This document shows positions 25,563-37,545 of a stretch of 64,000 bases of DNA, one piece after another. Below the pieces are notes generated by a model. That model searched no databases, had not been told where the DNA came from, and worked only from the letters and a program-made list of their open reading frames with translations. The stretch lies in contig OX597833.1 of NCBI GenBank assembly GCA_951406725.2, positions 56,730,001-56,794,000 on the forward strand, written 5' to 3'. Position 1 is the first letter of the stretch, and each line of letters starts with the position of its first letter. The DNA comes from Octopus vulgaris (lineage: Eukaryota). The translations under genes and the position numbers were made by a program.

Positions 25563-27797
25563 TACAATACATATATATATTACATACACTACATCAATGG
25601 TTCATAATGAATGGAAAGAACTATTAAGTATGTAAGAACCAGAATTTTGAGAAAGAATGAAAGTCATTACAAGTAATTAGAAAATATAGAAATCCTACTG
25701 ATATTTGATATAATATATGATATAATTAGATGAACAAATGTTGAAATATCATCATAATTAAGATGGAAAATATAGGTTAAGAATAACTGCTAATCTTAGA
25801 ATGAGATAATAGAAAAGATGAAGTAAAAAGCAAGCTTAGTAATACTCGAACATTTTAAAAATAGATTTTATTAAAAATGATGCCAATTTAAATGGCCCCT
25901 AAAGATATATTTATTGATCAATAACTGTATTTCTTTTTTTAAATATTCTTTGAGAAGATATTAAAACCTGCATATAGAAAATATCAATATTTAACACCTG
26001 TTATTAAATTAACACAAATGTCAACCTGTAAAGCTCCACCTGCAATTCTACACTGCATTCACATGACCTGATTTGTTTTACAATTCAAGTATGCAGGGAA
26101 TGACAGAGTTGGATACTTTCCACTGCTAAGAGTTATATTTCATTCTTGGCAATTAATGGCCAGACAAAATAAACAACATACAAGTCTTGAGGTGTGGCAA
26201 CAGACAGTTGAATCTTGGTAATGTGTAGATTCATTGGTGTCTGTTCCGAATAATATTCAGAATTGACTGACTGGCTTCCTAATAACGTCACCACGACAGA
26301 ATACTTCTAATGCAGCAAGGTTTGAAAAAATTCCATTGCCAAGACACAAAAGTCTCCTTATAACTCTGCTTAAAGGCTTAACTTTCATTAAAGGTTACCA
26401 AAAACACATACACTGACCTAGTGTAGCTTCAGAAAATAGTCAAAGATAAATCTGGAAAGATTTAACTGAACTTGTTAGAAATATAGCACAACAAAATCTT
26501 AAGTGAATGCTTTAGATAATATAATGGCATTATTATAATTACTATCTAAAATTAATACACAAATTCTTCAGAATTTCTCACAGTGTTCTGGAAATGTCAC
26601 AGTGGAATACTTTGAGCTAAGAGATATTCTCCTTTTTGCACATTAATTTTTAAAAATCGAAGTTTTAAATAAAGAAGCTAAGTGATGTTACAAATTAAAC
26701 AGGTTTAAGAGTTAGATGTGAGATAGTCTAATTAGATGATGAGTTAAATTATTCTAAATATCAATAAAACTAATGACCTTGGAAAGTTGCAAAGTCATAC
26801 ATTCAGCTTCTTTGTTTTAGAACAATACAAAATTTTTTTTAACATACAATAGGATTATTTTGATAGATAATGTTTGATACATCTTGTCTAAATAGCTAAT
26901 ATGTTAACTAGAAATCTATATAATACAACAAATGAAGATGTTCATACCATGAATGCTTCTTCTCAGTTATAAGTCAGGCTAATCTGATACAAGTTTGATA
27001 CAAAAAATGATAAACACGCAGAACATTTAGTTGAAAAGTGTAATTTGCTAAAGGCAGATTTTTTTTATATTCTATAAATAATATGATTAAAGTTGTTGGC
27101 TAATAACTAGATTTTCCTGAGCAATGTTATAATAATTTTACTTTTTATTACAGCTATGATTTAAAGTGAGAAAAAATAGCCATATTAACTATTTAAACAA
27201 TGAATAACAAATGTTTAACAAACAATAATGAAAATCTTCCTCGTTAGAGAACCAATCTTAAAACTTATTTTTATCCACACTTACTGCTAGAAGAGACAGA
27301 ACTTAATTGAGCTTTTCATGCCTTAATGTAAGAAACACCATTTATTTTAGGAAAAACATATTTCTAATGCCAGTTTTACCCATGGGACTGTGAAAATATA
27401 CCACAGCAATCAAATAGAACCATGAATTATACAGTAACACTGCTGCTTCCAACAAAAAATTATTTATTAAAAACATTTTTAAGCAACATGTGGTCACTGA
27501 GAGATGTTTTCCCAAGGTAGTGGTGATCAGTAATATACTTCAACAAGATGTAGCCTGGTAGCCCCAATTCCAAATTGTTCAATAAGCTAGCAGGCCAAAG
27601 AGACAGCAGATAGTTTTAGTTTTACCCTCTTCCTCACAACAAATTTACTCCCTTATGGGAACTTTTTGTACTTACAATTTGTAAACATAGACTGTCAGGA
27701 ATTTCATTGTAACCATTTTATCCATTTTAATGTCTCAGCATGCTATAACTTTGATTTATACAGCTATTAGATGAAATACTAGCAAATGGAAACTATA

Positions 27798-28110
27798 CTC
27801 TCTTTTCTCTCTCTTTACTCTTTTACTTGTTTCAGTCATTTGACTGCGGCCATGCTGGAGCACCGCCTTTAGTCGAGCAACTCGACCCCGGGACTTATTC
27901 TTTTGTAAGCCCAGTACTTAGTCTATCGGTCTCTTTTGCCGAACCGCTAAGTGACGGGGACGTAAACACACCAGCATCGGTTGTCAAGCAATGCTAGGGG
28001 GGACAAACACAGACACACAAACACACACACATATATATATATATACATATATACGACGGGCTTCTTTCAGTTTCCGTCTACCAAATCCACTCACAAGGCA
28101 TTAGTCGGCC
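27798..28110 (-). mobile_element. SINE family A, 5'-truncated
   Basis: Tail and body match family A; head missing. Confidence 0.92.
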
Positions 28111-28945
28111 CTATCAAAAGTTATTCAAACAAACTAATAGATAATCTAGATCCAACTGTACAAAATTCCTCAAATTTGATGCATTCTATTAACATTTTCA
28201 CATAGATTAAATTGTAAAGAAACAGTATTAAGAAAAGTAATATAAGTGCATGACTCAAAAATTAATATTTTTATAACCTTTAATTGATTAATTTTTATCA
28301 ACTGAAAATAAATTGATTAAACTTAATCTAAAACTTTGATGTAGGAAATCTATATTTTTTATGAATTCATAAACAGAACAACATTCATAAGGTGGTTGCA
28401 AGCCTTCCACATACAATCGCTATGTGTTTGTATATGTGTATTGAACTGTAAAACATCTGCTCAAATTACATATACACTGGTACACCAAATGTTAGTACAA
28501 CCGTTATGTAATTAAAACAAACCTTCTTTATTCATCAGACTTTGAAGAAATGCCAAATTTTGCCAAACAGATAGATCTTTTTAGCCTACAGTGGCATGAA
28601 AAAATTGATGTATGAAGAATGCTTGTTGTAACATGTAAATTTTTAGCAGCCAATTTATATGTCCAAACTTATGTTAGTTAACTTGGAGTTATATGTCTTT
28701 AATATTTTTGGTGTCAATAAATCATCTTTTAGTGTTTTAACTCATGTTTGGTTTCTTTTACATTTACTTTTTTATTATTTGACTTATTACAAGTGGTTGT
28801 TGGAAATTGCCTTCACTATTCTCTCTGGTAATATATTAAGAGAACTGAGAGTCAAGGTTTAAACATAAAATTTTAAAACAAAATGAAGATCAAACCAATG
28901 ATCTACTAGAAATAGCAACCAAATCACCATAAAATTGTTAAAGAC

Positions 28946-29105
28946 GGCTGTGTGGTAAGTGGCTTGCTTATGAACCACATGGTTCCGGGTTCAGTCTCAC
29001 TGCGTGGCACCTTGGGCAAGTGTCTTCTACTATAGCCTCAGGTTGACCAAAGCCTAGTGAGTGGATTTGGTAGGCGGAAACTGAAAGAAGCCCGTCGCAT
29101 CTATG

Positions 29106-29167
<62 letters not shown>

Positions 29168-29384
29168 TGTGTCTGTGTTTGTCCCCCCAACATCGCTTGA
29201 CAACCAATGCTGGTGTGTTTATGTACCCCGTAACTTAGCAGTTCGGTAAAATAGACCGATGGAATAAGTACTAGGCTTACAAAGAATAAGTCCTGGGGTC
29301 AATTTGCTCGACTAAAGGCGGTGCTCCAGCATGCCCACAGTCAAATGACTGAAACAAGAAAAAGAGTAAAAAAAAAAAGAGTAA
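28946..29384 (+). mobile_element. SINE family A
   Basis: Head, CORE, (TG)n and tail all present. Confidence 0.92.
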
Positions 29385-29614
29385 CACATGTCATTCTGAG
29401 TAAAAGATAGATGGTCTCAGCTGGAATACTTTTGATAATAGCTCTGTTTGATCAGGCATAGTCTGGGATTAAACAAGAACAACAAAGATGAGATGGAATC
29501 CAGAAGCAGAAATTAGACATTTAATGAACAGATGAGATGAACTTAACCAATGTTAAAAAGATGTGAGTCAGAATTCAACCAAAGTTGATGTTCATCTTAC
29601 TAGAAACCAGAACT

Positions 29615-29980
29615 TTAAAGGGTTGTTATTTTACTTTTTCTGGGCATCTGCCCATCCAAGAGGAATTACAACCATGTTTCGTGGTCTGCTACCACAACAG
29701 CTCCTTTATAGGATCCAGTTAGCTCAAGACATCATCAGGAGGAACCACATCCGGTTTCGGCCCCTACTCCTCTACCGTTTTGACGTGGTGTGCCCCCCCC
29801 CCCTTTCGGAGGTGTCTTCAGCTCTGGTGTTGGGTGCATGTCTTCTTTCTTCTGTTCCCTGGCCTCTTCGATGTATTGTCAGCGAGTGTCAGCCGGTGAC
29901 TTGACTGTCTTGTCAAATTTTTCCCTTTAAATACCTAAATATAGGCTCCAGCAGGCAGCCCCAGCAAGTTGTCACGTGAC
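29615..29980 (-). mobile_element. GC-rich element with several hammerhead-like core motifs (Penelope/retrozyme-like)
   Basis: Minus strand has CTGAAGA (29815-21), CTGATGA (29732-38), GAAAC (29754-58, 29676-80), GTA-GAGGAG pairing with TTCCTC, and hairpin GTGGT-AGCAG-ACCAC. Confidence 0.5.
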
Positions 29981-30439
29981 ACTACTGCTACTGCCACAAC
30001 TACAACCACTACAGCCATTGCCACTATGCCTGCTACTGCTGCTGCTACTACGACTACTATATTGGACAAGTGAACTGAAATCAATTATGAGTCAATGTAG
30101 TAAGGAAGATGCTGGCTTCATAGATTGATTTTTTTAACATTGGCACATGGAGAACATTTGGGAGAAAGTGTAATCAGTTAAATAAGCCCCATTACATGAC
30201 TTGATACCACAATTTCTCTGGCTCAAGGTCAATAATTTGGGTGATAGATTAAAAATTAAAACGACATAGTAACAATATATTTTGAAACCACAAATAAACG
30301 ATATTTGCTAACTTTTTCGATAAAACCAAATCTTCAAGTTCTGACAATAGGCAAGGGTTAATAAGATATATAATGCAAAGAAGATTGACTGCAGAACCAA
30401 TTAACTATTTAGTGTGTGTGTGTGTCTGTGTGTGCGTGT

Positions 30440-30630
30440 ATCATTGTTTTAATGTCTACTTTGCCATGTTTGCATGTGTCAGATGAAAGTATAGAAACAG
30501 AGCTTTCTATGTCTGGATGCTCTTCCTGATGCCAATCTCCACCCGTTTCCAACTAAGGGAATTTTCTCCCAATCTATGAAACAACAAACATCCCTGACAG
30601 TTATGCAGACAACTGGAAACGAATGACATG
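30440..30630 (-). mobile_element. RTE-type SINE tail fragment
   Basis: CTGGATGCTCTTCCTGATGCCAA..GTTTCCAA matches the tail of 11648-12052. Confidence 0.65.
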
Positions 30631-30632
30631 TA

Positions 30633-31044
30633 TACTCTCTTTTACACTCTTTTACTTGTTTCAGTCATTTGACTGTGGCCATGCTGGAGCACCACCTTTA
30701 ATTGAGCAAATCAACCCCAGGACTTATTCTTTGTAAGCTTAGTACTTATTCTATCGGTCTCTTTTGCCGAACCACTAAGTTACGGGGATGTAAACACATC
30801 AGCATCGGTTGTCAAGCGATGTTGGAGGGACAAACACAGACATACAAACACACACACATACACATATATATATATATATATATACATATATACAATGGGC
30901 TTCTTTCAGTTTCCGTCTGCCAAATCCACTCACAAGGCTTTGATCAGCCCGAGGCTATAGTAGAAGACACTTGCCCAAGGTGTCACGCAGAAGGACTGAA
31001 CCCGGAACCATGCGGTTGGTAAGCAAGCTACTTACCACACAGCC
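30633..31044 (-). mobile_element. SINE family A
   Basis: Reverse complement of the family A consensus. Confidence 0.92.
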
Positions 31045-31224
31045 GAGTTTTTTTTTTTTCTTTTTGCTTACAAAGTTTGTGCAATATATCAAGACATGTC
31101 AAGAAGCCAGGACATGCTTTCATAGTGGACTGCAAGCTAACAGCACAGTCCACATGAGTAGTGAGACCACTGTTTACAACCAACAAGCACATGAGAAGAT
31201 GAAGAGAAACATGAACTCCCTTAA

Positions 31225-31385
31225 ACACACACACACACACACACACACACAATAGGTTTCTTTCAGGCTCTGCCAACCAAATCCACTCAAAAGGCTCTTT
31301 TCAACCTGGGGCTATTGTAGAAGACACTTAGCCAAGGTCCCACACAGTGGGACTTAACTCCTTAACTACACAGCCATGCCTGCTA
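31225..31385 (-). mobile_element. Degenerate family A head fragment
   Basis: CAAATCCACTCA..GAAGACACTTAGCCAAGG..CACAGCCATGCCTGC. Confidence 0.7.
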
Positions 31386-31779
31386 CTTATGTATATATTA
31401 GTCTAAGCATATTTTTTTTATGGTTGTATTAATAAGTACACAAGTGGCTAACTTTAGTAAAACAGAGCAATTACAAACAACTTAAAGAGTCTCTGATCAA
31501 AAGCGGGCTGTTTAACTATAAGCTAGAAGTTCCTGTTTGCCAGCAAGTTAACAAATAATCATATGTTTTACATAAAGTGAACAGTCAGAGTTATAATTAG
31601 ACTTTATGAATGATTTGTGTGCAGTCTGTGTTTAGAGAAATCAAAGCTAAGAATTTCCTATACAAGAATGAAATAACAGTGCTGGTGACTCACAAAACTG
31701 CTCTATTTATTGTCATCAGCAAATTAGCTACATGTCGTGTACATGTGCTTCAACAAGGAAGTCAAATCAATTGATTTTC

Positions 31780-31820
<41 letters not shown>

Positions 31821-32254
31821 TAATAATAATAGAAACTATAGCAAAATGCACATTTATTTATGAATATTTCAGTGTTTTCAGGAGGCTGGGGGATAAATTA
31901 CCAAATAGATTAATTAATATTTTAGCAGTGAGAATACTATCTAAACTATAACTGAAACATAACACAATTCAGGAAAATTTTGGTTCTTCCTCGTTAGTCA
32001 CTTTCCTGTTTGCTTTATGCTTCTGCTCAACAATGTTTAAAAGCATTCAATCCCTACTTACTCATCACTAAAAATTTTTTTTTTAAATCTAAAATTCAAT
32101 CATTGAGACTGAAGATTAAAAGAAAGCAAGGTTTGAATTATGTAAAAAAAAAAGAAATTACACGAATATATTTTTATCAAATTTCAAAAAAATTTTGCAA
32201 AAAAATTAGCAATCAGTTCTCAATTCCAGCCTGCAAACAGCAAACAGAAGAACT

Positions 32255-32688
32255 GCAGGCATGGCTGTATGGTAAACAATTTGCTTTTCAATCACATGGT
32301 CTCAGGTTCAGTCCCAGTGCGCAGCACTTTGGCAAGTGTCTTCTACTATAAACCAACCAAAGCCTTGTGAGTGGATTTGGTAGATGGAAACTGAAGAAAG
32401 CTCATCCACTGTGTGTGTGTGTGTATGTGTGTGTGTGTGAATGTGTGTGTGTATCTCTCTCTCTCTCTCCCTCTCTCTCTCTCTCCTTCTTTCTCTCTCT
32501 CTCTCCTTCCACCCCTTGACAACAGTTTATATCCTCATAGCTCAGCACTTCAGCAATATACAGTAAGTGCTAGATTTTTAAAAAAACATAAGTACTGGAC
32601 TCGATTTGTTTGACTAAAACCTTTCACGGTGGTGCACCAGCATGGCCACAGTCCAATGACTAAAACAAGTAAAAGATAAAAGATAAGT
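32255..32688 (+). mobile_element. Older SINE family A copy
   Basis: Head, CORE and tail CAGCATGGCCACAGTCCAATGACTAAAACAAGTAAAAGA. Confidence 0.85.
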
Positions 32689-32884
32689 AAACAAGCACGT
32701 GTAACATTCAGAACATGATTTTTTCAGGTAAACTATGTTAAACATGGAAGTGAATACTGCCAGAAGGCTTATGGTACAGTGGTAAATGCCTTGAGTATCA
32801 ACAACGATGTAGATTTGACTCGCTCCAGGCTCACATTTTATTTTCTTCCATGTTTGCTTAATCATCATCATCATCATCATCATT

Positions 32885-33397
32885 TAGCTGTCACGTAACT
32901 GACATGTAAAAAACACCTTTCGAGCATTGAACTTCGTGGAGGCAACTGGCACCCGTGCTAGTGGCATGTAAAAAGCACCTTTCGAGTGTTGGGCCTCACG
33001 GATTCGATATAGCTGATGCAAATGTCACATAACTGGCACCCGTGCTGGTGACACGTAAAAAGCACATTTTGAGTGTTGGGCTCACAGAGGCTATAACAAA
33101 TGACCAAGACCCTTGGCAATATGTCGTGCTTGAGAAGAAGACCCGTCAAACCAAGTGAAATCGTAGTTGTGACAGATACTGGTGTCCAGCAACTGGTACC
33201 CATGCTGGTGGCACATAATGGCACCCATTACACTCTTGTAGTGGTTGGTGTCAGGAAGAGCATCCAGCTGTAGAAGCCTTGCCAAATCAGGCTGGAGTCT
33301 GGTGCAGCCCCTCAGCTTACCAGCCCTGGTCAAACCATCCAACCCATGCCAGCATGGACAATGGATATTAAATGATGATGATGATGATTATGATGAT
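32885..33397 (+). mobile_element. Family C element with internal repeat units
   Basis: Repeated CTGGCACCCGTGCT..GTGRCAYGTAAAAAGCAC; GGAAGAGCATCCAGCTGTAGAA; (GAT)n; related to 7216-7710. Confidence 0.82.
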
Positions 33398-33548
33398 AGG
33401 CACAGGCATGGCTGTATAATAAGAAGCTTGCTTTCTGACCACACAGCTTTGGGTTCAGTCCTATTGCATTGTACCTTGGGCAAATGTCTTCTGCTATAGA
33501 CTCTAGTCAACCAAAGACTTGTGAGCACATTTGATAGATGGAAACTGA

Positions 33549-33620
<72 letters not shown>

Positions 33621-33828
33621 TGTCCCCCACCATTGCTTGACAACTGGTGTTAGTGTGTTTACATCCTCATAACTTAGCAGTTTGGTAAAAGAGACCGATA
33701 GAATAAGGGTCAGGCTTTAAAAAAAATTATTACTACTGGGGTTGATTCATTTGGTTAAAAGTTCTTCAAGGCTGTGTCCCAACATGGCCACAGTCTAATA
33801 ACTGAAACAAGTAAAAGATAAAAAGATA
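33398..33828 (+). mobile_element. Older SINE family A copy
   Basis: Head, CORE, (GT)n and tail. Confidence 0.87.
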
Positions 33829-33920
33829 GATATGTGAGAAGAATGGACAATATAAATATCCTGAGCTAACAGTATTTATAAATTAGGCCTTTACATTCAA
33901 TTGATCCATTTTTACACATA

Positions 33921-34312
33921 GGCGCAGGAGTGGCTGTATGGTAAGTAGCTTGCTAACCAACCACATAGTTCCGGGTTCAGTCCCACTGCGTGGCATCTTG
34001 GGCAAGTGTCTTCTGCTATAGCCCAGGGCTGACCAATGCCTTGTGAGTGGATTTGGTAGACGGAAACTGAAAGAAGCCTGTCGTATATATGTATGTGTGT
34101 GTGTTTGTGTGTCTGTGTTTGTCCCCCTAGCATTGCTTCACAACCGATGCTGGTGTGTTTACGTCCCCGTAACTTAGCGGTTCGGCAAAAGAGACCGATA
34201 GAATAAGTACTGGGCTTACAAAGAATAAGTCCCGGGGTTGATTTGCTCGACTAAAGGCGGTGCTCCAGCATGGCCACAGTCAAATGACTGAAACAAGTAA
34301 AAGAGTAAAAGA
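33921..34312 (+). mobile_element. SINE family A, full length, young
   Basis: Near-identical to 1775-2203. Confidence 0.93.
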
Positions 34313-34962
34313 ATTAAGGTTTTTCCCATCTAACAACTATGATAATTTTCAACTCATTGATTCTTGAAATCTACCTACAATTTCTTGCTATATGCAGCTT
34401 CAGCTTCATAGGTAGTAAAAATAAGTGTGAAACAGATAATCTAAACCCTACTATTACAATAAGCATTATACATTCTATGCATAGTTTATAGATTAGCTGG
34501 AATGTGTCAGACAAAATGTAACCCCATAAATAACTTGTTCCGTGGTAGGACATAAACCTCCAGCCAACAATCAATGGTGTTTAAGAAGTGATACATCCTT
34601 GACTGGCTTCAGCAAATACTTTTTATAATAGTAACAACCATGTAATAGAAGTTATTTTAATTTTTTGAAATTTAGTTAAACTAGATTAAAAATTTAGAAA
34701 AAAAAAGAGAGATAAAAGATTAAAATTAGATGAGCGTCATCAATTTTCCAAGTCTTATTCAAAGTTATGTTTCGTTAATGTACCTATAATGGAAATATTC
34801 ATACATACGTAATTGATTCTACGTTGCTTTACAGTTTATCTAGAGACAAAGATTAAATGGAACATTTATGGACACACTATAACTGTAAATATTTTGAATC
34901 CAATATCAAATTTAAAACCTATAAAACTATAAAATACTTTGTAATATAAAGTGAAATGTGTA

Positions 34963-35108
<146 letters not shown>

Positions 35109-36073
35109 GCAATTGTAAAGTTTTTTGAATTATTAATCTGCATATTAAAATCAATGTCATGTAAAAAAATGTTTCACTTAAGATATTGTTTTATAAAACC
35201 ATTTCAAACACTTTTTTCTATTAACACAATATGCCAAACAGAATATTTAAAAAATACAACTGTTTTAGTTTAAAGAATGTATTAAAAGCAGACCTAGTGA
35301 AATATTTTATAGATAGCATGAATTAAAAATAAAGTTTTCATTGCTGTCTTAAAGATACTTCAAATAGCATTAAGTTTTGAGAAAGCAATGATGTCTAAAA
35401 GATGTATCGAGAGAAACTAAAAGAAAAATATTTTCAAATAGTGGAATAAATTTGAAAAAGGCAAATGGGTAGCAATGTAACATACCAAAATTATAAAAAT
35501 TTAAATGTGAACTGACATTTTTTAAAGCAAAAGTGGATATTAATAAATAAAGGTCAGTCACAATCGATACTCCTGCATCTGATTTCTGATTTTGATGCAC
35601 AGATCTTTCTAGATAAAGTAGTTCAAAAAAGTATGTTGTGAATGAAATAGCATTTTTTCACCAAATAATAATTCCAGTATTAGGAACTTAGTTTTTAATT
35701 TACTGTTTCCCTTCTTACATAGGGACTTCCTTACTTAAATTATTACTTTTCTTGTCAGTTTAATTTCTTCCCTACCACCAACCGCTAAAACATATGTAGA
35801 ATATGTTGCCAACTCAACTCCAATAAGCAAAAGCATTTGTCTTTTAGTACAGAATACAATGGCTGTCATATTATCACCGTATAGTCACTATTCCAACACC
35901 AGCATTGTACTTTTTATTATTTAACTGCAAAATTTATTAATGATTATTCTATTTTTAGATTACTGATAACTTTATAATAATGGAGATGTACTTGCATAGC
36001 GAGTGACTTAATCTGAGATCGTGTGTAGGAACGAAAACAATTGCAGCGTGGAAGGTGTTTATAAGCCATTTAA

Positions 36074-36293
36074 CCCTTTAGTGTTCAGATTACTCTGTTA
36101 AATGTAATACTTTTTCACTCAAATTATTTTGAATTAATCATGCATTATCTTATAGCTTTGAAGTTTCAATGATGTGATTGGTTATTTTTAGAATGACATT
36201 GTGGGTTAGGTGTGAGAGGCTAGATATGGCCAGTTTGAATATAAAATATGTGGAATATCTGGGCCAGATATGGCCGGTTTAAACGCTAAAGGG
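36074..36293. mobile_element. TTAA piggyBac-type MITE
   Basis: TTAA|CCCTTTAGTGTT ... AACGCTAAAGGG|TTAA; second copy at 52664-52893. Confidence 0.9.
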
Positions 36294-36342
36294 TTAAGAA
36301 ACACACAAAAGCCGTTCGATTCACTTCAACATATAAGTTTAA

Positions 36343-36393
36343 TTTGTCAAAATATTTTCCTCGCTTTGAGACCGCGACCTGTTCACTGACAAA
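36343..36393 (-). ncRNA. Minimal type-I hammerhead-like motif with G3-C8 core variant
   Basis: Minus strand TTTGTCA-GTGAACA-G-GTCGC-ggtctcaaa-GCGAG-GAAA-ATAT-TT-TGACAAA: 7-bp stem I, palindromic AATATT stem III. Confidence 0.65.
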
Positions 36394-37079
36394 GCTTCAT
36401 GCTGTAAAGCTTCGTGTTGTTTATAATAATGTTATTTCTTTTAAGAATTTGTTTTAACCTTACTTCATAGCAAGAGAATCCATTTTCTTTGACCGCACAA
36501 TCCATAGTTGCTTTATAAGCACTTATTGTGCAAACAAAGCCTGCTACATTTGCTGGTCTCTTTGCTTTCAACTCTATTCTGTGCAAGCACACACAATGAC
36601 AACAACATGTAGTATTTATATAGTGCTCCACAGGTCATCCTAAAACATTGGAGATTCAACATGGTCCCTATCCTTATGGAATTTTAAAATCTTTCTCTGT
36701 GCCTAAACTGGAAGCATAAAACAGTGTGCTTCATACACAAGAAAGAAACTTCTCAATTTTATCAACTATCAACCTTTAGATCTTTTCATCCTGCTACCAT
36801 TGCAGAATTTATTATAAACAATTACTTAATTTTTGTTTTTCCTTTTCTGTGATTCCTACAATGGGTTCTACAGATTTGACACATGAAATGACAGTTCTTG
36901 TCACCAAAGAGAGGTGAAAGTGATTCAACATGAAAAATAACTATTTTCATCACTTTGGAAACAGTGGAAGTATAATAGATGGTTTAGCAGTTGGCAAGAT
37001 TAGAATTATTTGCTTCTCAGATAAAAGATAAAAATCATGTTCCATGATTGATACTTATTTCATTGATCTATGATAAGTA

Positions 37080-37545
37080 ACAAAACTGTGGAAACCATGC
37101 CAACGTAGACACTGGAACACAACACTGTCGGCTGACCTGTCAAAACATCCAACCCATGCCACCACAGAAGGCAAACATTAAAAGATGAGGAGGAGGAGGA
37201 AGACGAGGAGGACGAGGACGACGATGACGAGGAGGACGACGACGACGAGGAGGACGAGGACGAGAGGACGAGGACGAGAGGATGAGGACGAGAGGGGGAG
37301 GAGGGGGAGGAGGGGGAGGAGGGGGGAGGTGGATGTGGAGGAGGTGGTGGAGGAGGAGGTGGTGGAGGAGGAGGTGGTGGAGGAGGAGGAGGAGGAGGTG
37401 GTGGAAGAGGAGGAGGAGGGGTGGAGGGGTGGAGGAGGTGGAGGAGGTGGAGGTGGACGAGGAGGTGGAGGAGGACGAGGAGGTGGAGGTGGTGGTGGAG
37501 GAGGCGGGGGACGACGACGATGAGGGGGAGGAGGAGGAGGGATGA
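37080..37545 (+). repeat. Family C tail fragment followed by ~360-bp (GAG/GAC/GTG)n purine-rich expansion
   Basis: CCAACCCATGCCA..ACATTAAAAGATGAGGAGG.. grading into GGA/GGT repeats. Confidence 0.85.

Larger units (their letters stand above)
35983..36419 (-). mobile_element. ~213-bp hammerhead-carrying retroposon (PLE/retrozyme-like) interrupted by a MITE
   Basis: 12-bp direct repeat TTTATAATAATG at 35971-35982 and 36420-36431; HHR motif at 36343-36393. Confidence 0.7.
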
